Origin: Patescibacteria group bacterium
Lineage (GTDB): Bacteria; Patescibacteriota; Dojkabacteria; SC72
DNA: 46,694 nucleotides
Direction of reading: 5' to 3'
Assembly: GCA_018818345.1 (NCBI GenBank)
Contig: JAHISI010000016.1
Coordinates: 1-46,694 of the forward strand
Shown: one piece after another, positions 34,794-43,741 of the stretch
Position numbering within the stretch: position 1 is the first letter of the stretch
Layout: every line of letters starts with the position of its first letter
Translations under genes and position numbers: made by a program
Notes under the pieces: generated by a model
The model's database searches: none
The model's input: the letters and a program-made list of their open reading frames with translations, nothing else
What the model was told of the DNA's origin: nothing

Positions 34794-36803
34794 ATGGAAT
34801 TAAAATTTTCAAAAAAGTTTAAAATAACCCAAAATAAGACTACTAGCAAACATAGCAATGCTGTTTTGTTAAAAGGGGATATTAAACACAATGTTAAGAA
34901 GGCTCTAAAGTCTTCTCCCGAGTATTCTCCAGGATCTCCTTGGAACTATCTTGTCGCCTTTATGCTTTTCTTTGGGCTATTTGCCATCCTCCTGTGGCAG
35001 CTTTCTGCGCTTCAAATTACAAATGGGGAAGAAATGCTGGCTAAATCAGAGAATAACCAGGTCAGGATAGAGAGTATTCCTGCATACAGAGGGGTGATAT
35101 TTGATAGAAATGGCACTAAGTTAGTGGAGAATGTGGCCTCTGTAGGGCTGTATATAATGATTGATAAATACATTGAAGATGGTGAAGTGGATAACACCCT
35201 TCTTGAAGAGACCTCTAATACCCTTGGGGGTATACTAGGGGCTCACTGGAAGAATATCTCAGATGACAAAAAGACAGAGTACGCATCTATTCTTGAAAGA
35301 GTACTTACAATACATGGGGAAAGCCCATATTTCACCGATATCTTAATTGCTTCCGATCTTAGTAATGAGGAGGTAATACAGATTAAGGCATCATCGGAAA
35401 AACTTTTGGGTATATATATAGATGATGGTAGTAAGAGGTCATATCCTTACAAAAATATTCTTTCTGCAATCCTGGGCTATACAGGAGACGTTACTGCAGA
35501 GGATTTGGATAGTATTGATTACCTTAATTCTACAGATGTGGTTGGTAGAACAGGCTTAGAGAGAGAATATGACGAACAATTAGCTGGTGAAGATGGAAAG
35601 ATAGCATGGGAAGTGGATGCCTTAGGTAAGAAGATCTCAGAAGAAGGTTTGGCACTTAGTGAACCTGTTTCGGGCAAAAACTTGTATCTCACATTGGATA
35701 TGGATATGCAGAAAAAGCTATACCAAGTCATACAATCAGGTACGAAAAGCTCAAAAGCAACTGGTGGTGCAGGAATCATAGAGGATGTTAATTCTGGTGA
35801 AATCATATCAATGGTTACATACCCAAGCTACGACAACAATCTTTTCATTGGGGGGATCTCCATAAAAGACTATGCCAAGCTTCTTAACGACAAAACCAAT
35901 CCTTTAATGGATCGAGCCATAGCTGCACAAGTGCCTGCGGGTTCTACATTTAAAACAATGGTAGCTACTGCAGCCTTAGACGCTGGAGCTATAACTAAAT
36001 ACACACAATATACCAGCTATGCAGGCTACAAATTCTCCAATGGAGCTTTGTTTCAGGAGTATCACAACCATTCATATGGGACTTTAAATGTAGTTGGAGC
36101 TTTAACTGTGTCATCAAACATATATTTCTGTGAACTCATTAGGCATTGGGATATGAATTCCCTAGTCCCATACCTAGACAAATTTGGGATTGGAAGAGTT
36201 ACAGGTATAGATATTCCGGGAGAAATGGCAGGTAGAGTACCTTCTCCTGCGAACAAGATGCTTTTAGCTAATTCTACGAGTCCATGGCTTGAACCGGTCT
36301 GGTATCCAGAGGGAGATTCATGTAACTCTGTGATTGGGCAGGGTATCGGATTGGTTACACCGATACAGATGTCTAACTGGGTTGCCGCAATAGCTAATGA
36401 AGGTACACTTTACAAACCACATATAGCTAAATACTTTGAGGATGAGAACCAAAACAGGGTTGATATACCTGTTGAAATTTTACAAAGCAATATTGCTAAG
36501 GCTGATGCTTTCAATATTGCCAAGGAAGGTATGTGGTCTGCAGTAAATGGTAGTGGAGCATCAATATCTTCTCTCGCAAATCTTGGTGTTGTTGTTGCAG
36601 CCAAGACAGGTACTGCAGAGTTTGGAACAGTAGATAGCAAGGGGAACTACGAACATACTCATGCATGGGTAACGGGTTTCTTCCCATATGACAAACCTAA
36701 ATATTCTTTTAGTATCTTCCTTGAAGATGGTGGAGAGAGTCTCAATGCGGTAAGGATAATGAGGGAGATGATTACGTGGATGGTTAAAGAGGGTAAGATT
36801 TAA
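34794..36803 (+). CDS. mrdA: Class B penicillin-binding protein PBP2
   Basis: RGVIFDRNG, RSYP, GRTGLE, SxxK (GSTFK), SxN (SSN) and KTG. Confidence 0.92.
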   Translation: MELKFSKKFKITQNKTTSKHSNAVLLKGDIKHNVKKALKSSPEYSPGSPWNYLVAFMLFFGLFAILLWQLSALQITNGEEMLAKSENNQVRIESIPAYRGVIFDRNGTKLVENVASVGLYIMIDKYIEDGEVDNTLLEETSNTLGGILGAHWKNISDDKKTEYASILERVLTIHGESPYFTDILIASDLSNEEVIQIKASSEKLLGIYIDDGSKRSYPYKNILSAILGYTGDVTAEDLDSIDYLNSTDVVGRTGLEREYDEQLAGEDGKIAWEVDALGKKISEEGLALSEPVSGKNLYLTLDMDMQKKLYQVIQSGTKSSKATGGAGIIEDVNSGEIISMVTYPSYDNNLFIGGISIKDYAKLLNDKTNPLMDRAIAAQVPAGSTFKTMVATAALDAGAITKYTQYTSYAGYKFSNGALFQEYHNHSYGTLNVVGALTVSSNIYFCELIRHWDMNSLVPYLDKFGIGRVTGIDIPGEMAGRVPSPANKMLLANSTSPWLEPVWYPEGDSCNSVIGQGIGLVTPIQMSNWVAAIANEGTLYKPHIAKYFEDENQNRVDIPVEILQSNIAKADAFNIAKEGMWSAVNGSGASISSLANLGVVVAAKTGTAEFGTVDSKGNYEHTHAWVTGFFPYDKPKYSFSIFLEDGGESLNAVRIMREMITWMVKEGKI

Positions 36804-36837
36804 TCAATTTTTCATATCCATCTGCCATACTCTACAT

Positions 36838-37521
36838 ATGCCATATATATGTATGAGTGATTCTAAATATCCTAGTCTTTTGAAAGAGATACATAATCCT
36901 CCAAAGAGGTTGTATTGTAAGGGAAATATGGATTTGCTGGGGGAGCGGTGTTTAACTATCGTTGGTACCAGAAAAGCTACAAAATATGGTACAGAAGTAT
37001 TGAATATGCTGCTTCAACCATATCTCATTGATTTAGATATATGTATTGTTAGTGGTTTAGCGAAGGGGATAGATACAATGGTGCATAGAAGGTGTTTGGA
37101 GTTGGGAATCCCAACAATTGCTGTCATCGCGGGAGGTATAGAGAATATATATCCACTTTCCAATACGGATATATATGAAGAGATTTCCTACAAAGGATTA
37201 GTTTTAGCTGAACACGAGGGTAGGGTTGATATGCACAAAGGTATGTTCCCAATGCGTAATCGGATACTGGCAGGGCTTTCGGAGACCACAATAGTCATAG
37301 AAGCGGATATCCAAAGTGGATCATTGGTTACAGCAAATCTAGCGCTAGAATTTAACAGAGATGTATATACAATTCCGGGAGATATTACCAAGGATACTTC
37401 TCGTGGATGCAATCTGCTAATTAAACAAGGCGCAGATGTAATTACTTGTGAAGATGATCTAAAACAGATATTAGGCATAGAGGCGGAGCAATTAAAACTG
37501 ATTGTAGACAAGAGTTTGTAG
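36838..37521 (+). CDS. dprA: DNA-protecting protein DprA (core domain only)
   Basis: YPSLLKEIHNPP, IVGTRKATKYG, VSGLAKGID, FPMRNRILAGLS and SGSLVTA. Confidence 0.93.
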   Translation: MPYICMSDSKYPSLLKEIHNPPKRLYCKGNMDLLGERCLTIVGTRKATKYGTEVLNMLLQPYLIDLDICIVSGLAKGIDTMVHRRCLELGIPTIAVIAGGIENIYPLSNTDIYEEISYKGLVLAEHEGRVDMHKGMFPMRNRILAGLSETTIVIEADIQSGSLVTANLALEFNRDVYTIPGDITKDTSRGCNLLIKQGADVITCEDDLKQILGIEAEQLKLIVDKSL

Positions 37522-37631
37522 GGTAGATGTTGTGAATGTGTGCACAACAAGAATATATTAAAAATGAAGAGCACATTTTGTGCACAGATTGACAATACTA
37601 ATTAATTTAATGTATTTTAAGAGGCAAGCAT

Positions 37632-39767
37632 ATGGAAAAGAAAAAGAAATCATACAAAAACCTACTAATTGTTGAGTCTCCTGCAAAAGCGAAGACCATT
37701 AACAAGTATTTAGGTACAGATTACAAAGTAATGGCCACTGTTGGCCATATTATTGACCTTCCAAAGAGTAAGCTTGGGGTTGATATTGAAAAGAACTATG
37801 AACCTTTGTTTGAAACAATATATGGTAAGGGCAAGATCATCACTGATTTGAAACGAGCAGTACCTAAGGATGGAAATGTCTTCTTAGCAATGGACCCTGA
37901 CCGTGAAGGAGAGGCCATAGCATGGCATGTAAACAGTGTATTGAAGTCTAAAAATGTAAAGCGAGTTATGTTCAATGAAATTACCAAGGATGCCGTCTTA
38001 GAGGCTGTTAAACATCCAATTGAGATTGATGAGAATCTTGTAGAAGCACAGAAGGCAAGAAGGATATTGGACAGATTGGTTGGATACAAGCTTTCAGAAT
38101 TACTTTGGAAGAAGATATGGTATGGACTTTCAGCAGGTAGAGTACAGTCTGTAGCATTGAGATTGGTTGTTGAAAGAGAAGAGGAGAGAGAGGCTTTTAA
38201 AGCGGAGGAATATTGGGATTTTGGAGTAGAGGTTAAGGATGGTAATGGAAACAAACTAGATGCAAAATTGGCTCAAAAGGATGGAAAGAAATATATTCCT
38301 AAGGATAAAGATGAGGTTGAGGGGATTGAAAAGACATTGGGATCTTCTGATTACACAGTTAAAGATGTTGTAGTAAGGAAGGTTCACAAGCATCCATTTC
38401 CACCGTTTACTACATCTACACTTCAACAGGCAGCAAACAATGTATTAGGATATTCTTCTAAGAGAACAATGGCTATTGCTCAGATCTTGTATCAGGCTGG
38501 TTACATTACATATATGAGAACTGACTCATTCAATCTTAGTAGTAAAGCAATAGATTCGATTAGAGAATTGATTAACAACAAATATGGTGTTGAATATTTG
38601 CCAGAACATCCAAACTTCTACAAAACTAGAAGCAAGGGTGCGCAAGAAGCTCACGAAGCTATACGTCCTTCAGATATCAATGTAACTAGAGAGAAGATTG
38701 AGGCTCAATTTGGTAGTGCAGAAGCAAAACTCTATGATTTAATATGGAAGCGAGTTGTTTCTTGTCAGATGACAGACAAACAGGCAGAGATATTGACAGT
38801 TTCTTTGGTTAGTAAAGATGTGAAGAAACCTGAATATGTATTTACATTGGGTGGTGAGACTACTTTGTTTGATGGCTTTAGAAAAGTATTAGGTACTGGA
38901 AAGATTGCTGATGATTTACAAGAGATTTCTAAGATAGCGAAGGGGGATATTTTGAAATGGATTAAGTTTGTTAAGGAACAGAAATATACTCAACCTCCTG
39001 CTAGATATACTGATGCTTCATTGGTTAAGAAACTAGAAGCATTGGAGATTGGTAGGCCTTCTACATATGCATCTATCATTTCTACTATTGAAGCGAGGGG
39101 ATATATCATTAAGGAAGCTAAGGCTTTGATTCCTACTGATGTTGGTAGAATTGTTACTAATTTCCTCAGAGATAACTTTAAGAGGTTGGTAGATTACAAA
39201 TATACTGCAAAGGTGGAGGCTGAACTGGATGGTATTGCTGATGGTAAGATGAAGTATGTCGTGGTTATGGATGAACAATACAAACCTTTGGTTGAGGAGA
39301 TTGCTAAAGCTGAGAAGGATGTTAACAAGGAGGATGTTGTAATACTAGGTAAATCTGATGAGAAGTGTCCTGAGTGTGGTGGTGAGATGATTATACGTAT
39401 TGGTAGGTATGGTAAATTCCTTAGTTGTGCTAAATTCCCTGAGTGTAAGGGTATGAAGGATTTGTCTGGGAATGAGGAGAGTTTGGATTTTGCTAAATAT
39501 CTTAGACCTGAGAAGTGTCCTAAGTGTGGTGGGGAATTGGTATTGAAGAATAGTAAATATGGTAAGTTCTGGGCTTGTAAGGACTATCCTAAGTGTAAGG
39601 GTACGGTTCCTCTTCTTTTGCAAGAGAAGTGTCCTGAGTGTAATCATCCTTTGGTTGAGAGAAGGAGTAAGTGGGGTAGGACTTTTACAGGATGTAGTAA
39701 CTATCCGGAGTGTAAGTATATTAAGAAGACATTTAAGGCTAAGAAGAAAAAGAAGAGTTCAGAGTAA
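37632..39767 (+). CDS. topA: DNA topoisomerase I with three C-terminal zinc ribbons
   Basis: IVESPAKAKTI, DPDREGEAI, SAGRVQS, ITYMRTDS, AQEAHEAIRP and CPECG repeats. Confidence 0.98.
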   Translation: MEKKKKSYKNLLIVESPAKAKTINKYLGTDYKVMATVGHIIDLPKSKLGVDIEKNYEPLFETIYGKGKIITDLKRAVPKDGNVFLAMDPDREGEAIAWHVNSVLKSKNVKRVMFNEITKDAVLEAVKHPIEIDENLVEAQKARRILDRLVGYKLSELLWKKIWYGLSAGRVQSVALRLVVEREEEREAFKAEEYWDFGVEVKDGNGNKLDAKLAQKDGKKYIPKDKDEVEGIEKTLGSSDYTVKDVVVRKVHKHPFPPFTTSTLQQAANNVLGYSSKRTMAIAQILYQAGYITYMRTDSFNLSSKAIDSIRELINNKYGVEYLPEHPNFYKTRSKGAQEAHEAIRPSDINVTREKIEAQFGSAEAKLYDLIWKRVVSCQMTDKQAEILTVSLVSKDVKKPEYVFTLGGETTLFDGFRKVLGTGKIADDLQEISKIAKGDILKWIKFVKEQKYTQPPARYTDASLVKKLEALEIGRPSTYASIISTIEARGYIIKEAKALIPTDVGRIVTNFLRDNFKRLVDYKYTAKVEAELDGIADGKMKYVVVMDEQYKPLVEEIAKAEKDVNKEDVVILGKSDEKCPECGGEMIIRIGRYGKFLSCAKFPECKGMKDLSGNEESLDFAKYLRPEKCPKCGGELVLKNSKYGKFWACKDYPKCKGTVPLLLQEKCPECNHPLVERRSKWGRTFTGCSNYPECKYIKKTFKAKKKKKSSE

Positions 39768-39795
39768 TTTCATATATATCCTCTATGATATATAT

Positions 39796-40428
39796 ATGCT
39801 TCCAAGAGAAAAATATTTAGAAAGGGGTATAGATAGCCTCAGTGATATGGAATTAATAGCCATTATTATTGGTTCTGGTATTAAGGGTCATGATTTTATG
39901 TCTGTCTCTAGATCTGTGGTATATCGTATTCGTAAATCCATCAAGAAGAATGGGTATGTAGATATTAAGGATATTGTTGATATTCTTGGTATTGGTTTAG
40001 CTACTGCTATGAAGATTCTTTCTGGTATTGAATTGGGTAGGAGGTTGTATGATCTTGGGAGTAAGGAGAAAACAACTGTTAGTAATTCTCAAGAGGCTTA
40101 CTATTTGTTAAAGGGTATGGGTAGTAAGAAGCAGGAATATATTGTTGGGTTGTTTCTTAATTCTAGGTTTGAGTTGTTAGAACAACGTACGTTAGCTATT
40201 GGTACTGTGGATGGGGCTGGGTTACTTCCTAGGGATGTTATTATTCCTGCATTAGAACTTAATGCTAGTTCTGTTATATTGGCACATAACCATCCGTCTG
40301 GGGATCCTTTACCTAGTGATGAGGATTTTGCTGTTACAGAGAGGGTAGTGAAAGCTTTAGATTTGGTAGGGATGAAGTTACTCGATCATATGGTTATAGG
40401 GAGGGAGAGTTGGAAGAGCATAGGCTAG
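39796..40428 (+). CDS. radC: RadC/JAB-domain protein
   Basis: PREK..LSDMELIAII and AHNHPSGDPLPSDED..LLDHMVIG. The start is ATG 39796, with TATGAT 6 nt upstream. Confidence 0.92.
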   Translation: MLPREKYLERGIDSLSDMELIAIIIGSGIKGHDFMSVSRSVVYRIRKSIKKNGYVDIKDIVDILGIGLATAMKILSGIELGRRLYDLGSKEKTTVSNSQEAYYLLKGMGSKKQEYIVGLFLNSRFELLEQRTLAIGTVDGAGLLPRDVIIPALELNASSVILAHNHPSGDPLPSDEDFAVTERVVKALDLVGMKLLDHMVIGRESWKSIG

Positions 40429-40433
40429 AAAGA

Positions 40434-41009
40434 TTAAGGAGTTGTTTCGTTAAAAAGATGGTTCTTTTCAATAATAGTTTTCGTTTTTATTACAACTGAT
40501 GCAAGATCTAACATAATATTAAATATCCAGAAGTCAAACAAATCTCCCATTGTATTTTTCAGACCTTTGTACTTATTAATCAGATCATCATCCTTTGCAT
40601 GGATGTATCCACCATAAAGAAAAATGCCGATCAATTCTTTATTGGAAAGAGGAATCCCCTTATACGTTATTGCAACTTGTTTTTGCTTTGGATTAAGAAT
40701 CTCATTCCAAACTCCCTTTAGCTTTTTAATATTTTCAGAGTCAATGGAGCTTTTTATAAGAATATTTGTTATGTACTGGAAATTAACATATTCACCATCC
40801 ATAAGGAATTGTCTTATCAAACGGGTGAATTTTTCAATATCTTCGTCTGCGGGGAAATTTTTGTTATATTCAACAGATTGACCGTTTTCGATTCTTATTG
40901 ATAGCCGAATTCTAGAGTTTTCCCTTACAGAGTTCATTGCGCGTGAAGATTCTAACTCTTTAACTTGGTCACAAAATAGTTTTAGACATTTTATTTCTTC
41001 TTTTTTCAT
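40434..41009 (-). CDS. Hypothetical helical protein
   Basis: 191-aa AT-rich ORF inserted antisense between radC and rpsB; contains IRQF and FLYGGYIH. Confidence 0.65.
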   Translation of the reverse strand: MKKEEIKCLKLFCDQVKELESSRAMNSVRENSRIRLSIRIENGQSVEYNKNFPADEDIEKFTRLIRQFLMDGEYVNFQYITNILIKSSIDSENIKKLKGVWNEILNPKQKQVAITYKGIPLSNKELIGIFLYGGYIHAKDDDLINKYKGLKNTMGDLFDFWIFNIMLDLASVVIKTKTIIEKNHLFNETTP

Positions 41010-41105
41010 ATATAAATATTTCTAATTTATTTTATTATTTAATTATAACCTTTTGTATAATTTGAAGAAATCAAATGAGAATAAGATAAATGTTTATTAC
41101 TAACC

Positions 41106-41225
41106 TTGCATTCTCCTCATTCTCTTTGTATAATCCCTATGTTATTTAATCTCATATATCCCTGTAATTTTCCTGGATGATAAATATCACCCAACAGAGA
41201 TATTAATAAAAGGAAACATATAAAA
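41106..41225 (+). promoter_or_regulatory. rpsB promoter and structured 5' leader (probable S2 autoregulatory element)
   Basis: TTGCAT-17-TATAAT, then ATATC-CCTGT..TGATA-AA-TATCA..ACAG-AGATAT hairpin and AAGGA SD. Confidence 0.55.
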
Positions 41226-42356
41226 ATGGAAAACCAAAAACAAACAGTCGTAGAAACACAGACTTTAAACAAAGTTTCAAATGTAAAAACCCCAGAGATA
41301 CTAGATTTACTTAAAGCAGGCTGTCATTTCGGACACAAGAAAAGTGCTTGGAATCCAAGAATGAAACAGTACATATATGAAGAAAGAAATGGTATTCATA
41401 TCATAGACTTAGTAAAAACACAGGAACTCATAACATCAACAATAAAAGCATTAAGTGAACTAACCGAAAAAGGAAACATCCTTTTTGTAGGAACCAAAGG
41501 ACAAGCAGCATCAATAGTTGAAAAAGTAGCTACCGAAAACGGTGCCTTCTATGTAAACAAAAGATGGCCAGGTGGACTATTCACAAACTTTGATACTATT
41601 AAAAAGAGTGTACAAGGATTGGTAAAGATGGAAGAAAGCCTCGCAAGAGGAGGAGAAGATCTTGTTAAGAAGGAAAGACTCTTCATGCAAAGAGAATCAG
41701 AGAAGATGGATAGAATATACAAAGGTATTAAGTTCATGGACAAATTACCTGCAGCAGTAGTTGTAGTAGACAGTAAGGTTGAAAAATTAGCAATCAAAGA
41801 AGCAAAGATTGCACATATTCCAATCATTGCACTCATAGACACAAACTGTAATCCAGATCTTGTAGATTACCCAATCCCAGCAAATGACGACTCTCTAAAG
41901 AGTATATCTTTACTCGTAGAGATATTGGGTCAGGTAGTAGGAGAATCTAAGAAATCACAAGGTATTGTTGCATTAAGAAACAGCCAAAAAGCAACATTAG
42001 AAACATTAGCTAGGCAGTATGCAGAACAGAAAGAAAGAGAAACAAGAATGGAAGCAGAAGACAGAGAAAGAATGAAATCCCTAAGAGAAGGAAAGATAGC
42101 TGAATCTAAAGGAACAGTCGTAAGAGTTGTTAAAAAAGATATCAGTGGAGAAATAGCAGCAGCTGAAGAAGCAAAAAAGATGGTTGATTCTAAAAGTGTT
42201 GAGGACCTAGGACTATCCGTAAGAATAGTTAAGGCTCTTGCAGATAGTGGAATCAAGAATGTAAGTGATCTCTCAGGTAAAACCAAAGAAGATTTAGTTG
42301 AAATCAAGGGAGTAGGAGAGAAAGCTGCAGTAGACATTTTGAAATCACTTAAATAA
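41226..42356 (+). CDS. rpsB: 30S ribosomal protein uS2 with a coiled-coil and alpha-CTD/HhH-like C-terminal extension
   Basis: AGCHFGH..WNPRM, HIIDL, RWPGGLFTNF, DTNCNP and PANDDS, followed by about 125 extra residues. Confidence 0.96.
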   Translation: MENQKQTVVETQTLNKVSNVKTPEILDLLKAGCHFGHKKSAWNPRMKQYIYEERNGIHIIDLVKTQELITSTIKALSELTEKGNILFVGTKGQAASIVEKVATENGAFYVNKRWPGGLFTNFDTIKKSVQGLVKMEESLARGGEDLVKKERLFMQRESEKMDRIYKGIKFMDKLPAAVVVVDSKVEKLAIKEAKIAHIPIIALIDTNCNPDLVDYPIPANDDSLKSISLLVEILGQVVGESKKSQGIVALRNSQKATLETLARQYAEQKERETRMEAEDRERMKSLREGKIAESKGTVVRVVKKDISGEIAAAEEAKKMVDSKSVEDLGLSVRIVKALADSGIKNVSDLSGKTKEDLVEIKGVGEKAAVDILKSLK

Positions 42357-42374
42357 CTTTTAACAAATACTGCA

Positions 42375-43091
42375 ATGGGAGTATCCATAGATGATATTAA
42401 GACATTAAGAGCTAAAACATCCGCTGGCATGGCACTCTGTAAAGAAGCTTTAACTGCTTCTGATGGAGATATGGCCAAAGCGACTGAATATATCAATGAA
42501 AGAAGTGACGTTATTGGAAGATTGAGAAATCTAACAGGTGCAAAGATTGGTCTTTGTAAGATTGCTTTTGACGAAACAGGTAAAGACTTTGAAAAAGCAG
42601 TAGCTCTCATAAGTGAGAGAGGCTGGAATGAGCCTACCGCTGACGAAACAATCGAAAAGGGAGAAGGTGTCGTTGAAACATATTTACATGGTACAGATCA
42701 TAAGCTAGCTTCACTAGTTGAAGTAAAGTGTAAGACAGATTTTGTTGCTCAGAATGATGAATTTAGAGCATTTGCTCATGAAGTTGCTCTACAGGTTGCA
42801 GCCATGAAGCCTCTCTACGTTTCTAAAGATAGTGTAAGTGTAGAGGATGTTGAAAGAATGAAAGTTATCTTTACCAAAGAAGCAGAGAGCGAAGGCAAAC
42901 CTGCCAACATTATGGAAAAGATAATTGAAGGTAAATTTTCTAAATACTACGCAGAGAAATGTTTACTAGAACAGAAATGGTTTAAAGACGAATCTAAGAC
43001 AATGGCAAATCTCTTAGATGAAGTAACTCAGAAAATGGGAGAACCTATACAGATTACTAGAATACTTTTCTGGGAATTTGGAACTAAATAG
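42375..43091 (+). CDS. tsf: Elongation factor Ts, short core with duplicated N-terminal domain
   Basis: LRAKTSAGMALCKEAL, EVKCKTDFVA, GKPANIMEKIIEGK and CLLEQ. Confidence 0.94.
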   Translation: MGVSIDDIKTLRAKTSAGMALCKEALTASDGDMAKATEYINERSDVIGRLRNLTGAKIGLCKIAFDETGKDFEKAVALISERGWNEPTADETIEKGEGVVETYLHGTDHKLASLVEVKCKTDFVAQNDEFRAFAHEVALQVAAMKPLYVSKDSVSVEDVERMKVIFTKEAESEGKPANIMEKIIEGKFSKYYAEKCLLEQKWFKDESKTMANLLDEVTQKMGEPIQITRILFWEFGTK

Positions 43092-43112
43092 TTCATTGTA
43101 TTTTGTATGAAG

Positions 43113-43140
43113 AAGGGGGAGTTAAAAACTCCCCCTTTTT
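43113..43140 (+). terminator. Intrinsic terminator after tsf
   Basis: AAGGGGGAGTT-AAA-AACTCCCCC-TTTTT. Confidence 0.88.
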
Positions 43141-43179
43141 GTTGTACAATATTGGGATAATATTAGGGATATTAACAAA

Positions 43180-43725
43180 ATGGACATAGATGTATTTAAA
43201 GCAGATATTCAAAAATGTATAGATCATATACATGAGGATTTAACACAGATCAGAACAGGAAGAGCAACTCCAGAGTTGGTAGAAGAAGTTATGGTCAATG
43301 CATATGAGACAATGGCTCCAATTAAAAACTATGCTTCAATCTCCGCAGTAGATGCCAAAACACTCTCCATCCAACCATGGGACAAGAGTATATTGGAAAA
43401 TATTTCTAAGGCAATCAATGTTGCTAACATGGGACTTTCTCCAATGATTGAAGGGGATAGGGTATTGGTAAAAATTCCTGACCTTACAGAAGAGAGAAGA
43501 AAAGAATATGTAAAGTTGATGAAAGACAGAGTAGAGGATGGAAGAATTGCGGTAAGGCAAGTAAGGCAGAAATATATGCAAGAGATAGATGAACTTCAGA
43601 AGAATGGCCTTTCAGAGGATGAAGCAGACAGAACCCGAGTTGAGATTGAAAAGGTTGTTAAAGAAACTAATCAACAGATTGAAGAAATTAGAGAAGAGAA
43701 AGAAAAGGATCTTTTAACTATATAA
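43180..43725 (+). CDS. frr: Ribosome recycling factor
   Basis: IRTGRATP, IQPWDK, IPDLTEERRKE and RIAVRQVR. Confidence 0.96.
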   Translation: MDIDVFKADIQKCIDHIHEDLTQIRTGRATPELVEEVMVNAYETMAPIKNYASISAVDAKTLSIQPWDKSILENISKAINVANMGLSPMIEGDRVLVKIPDLTEERRKEYVKLMKDRVEDGRIAVRQVRQKYMQEIDELQKNGLSEDEADRTRVEIEKVVKETNQQIEEIREEKEKDLLTI

Positions 43726-43741
43726 TTTTGTCTTGACTTAC

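Noticed and set aside
39559..39795. Long N-terminal extension of RadC
   Set aside because: It overlaps topA in another frame; RadC homology and a -10 box point to ATG 39796.
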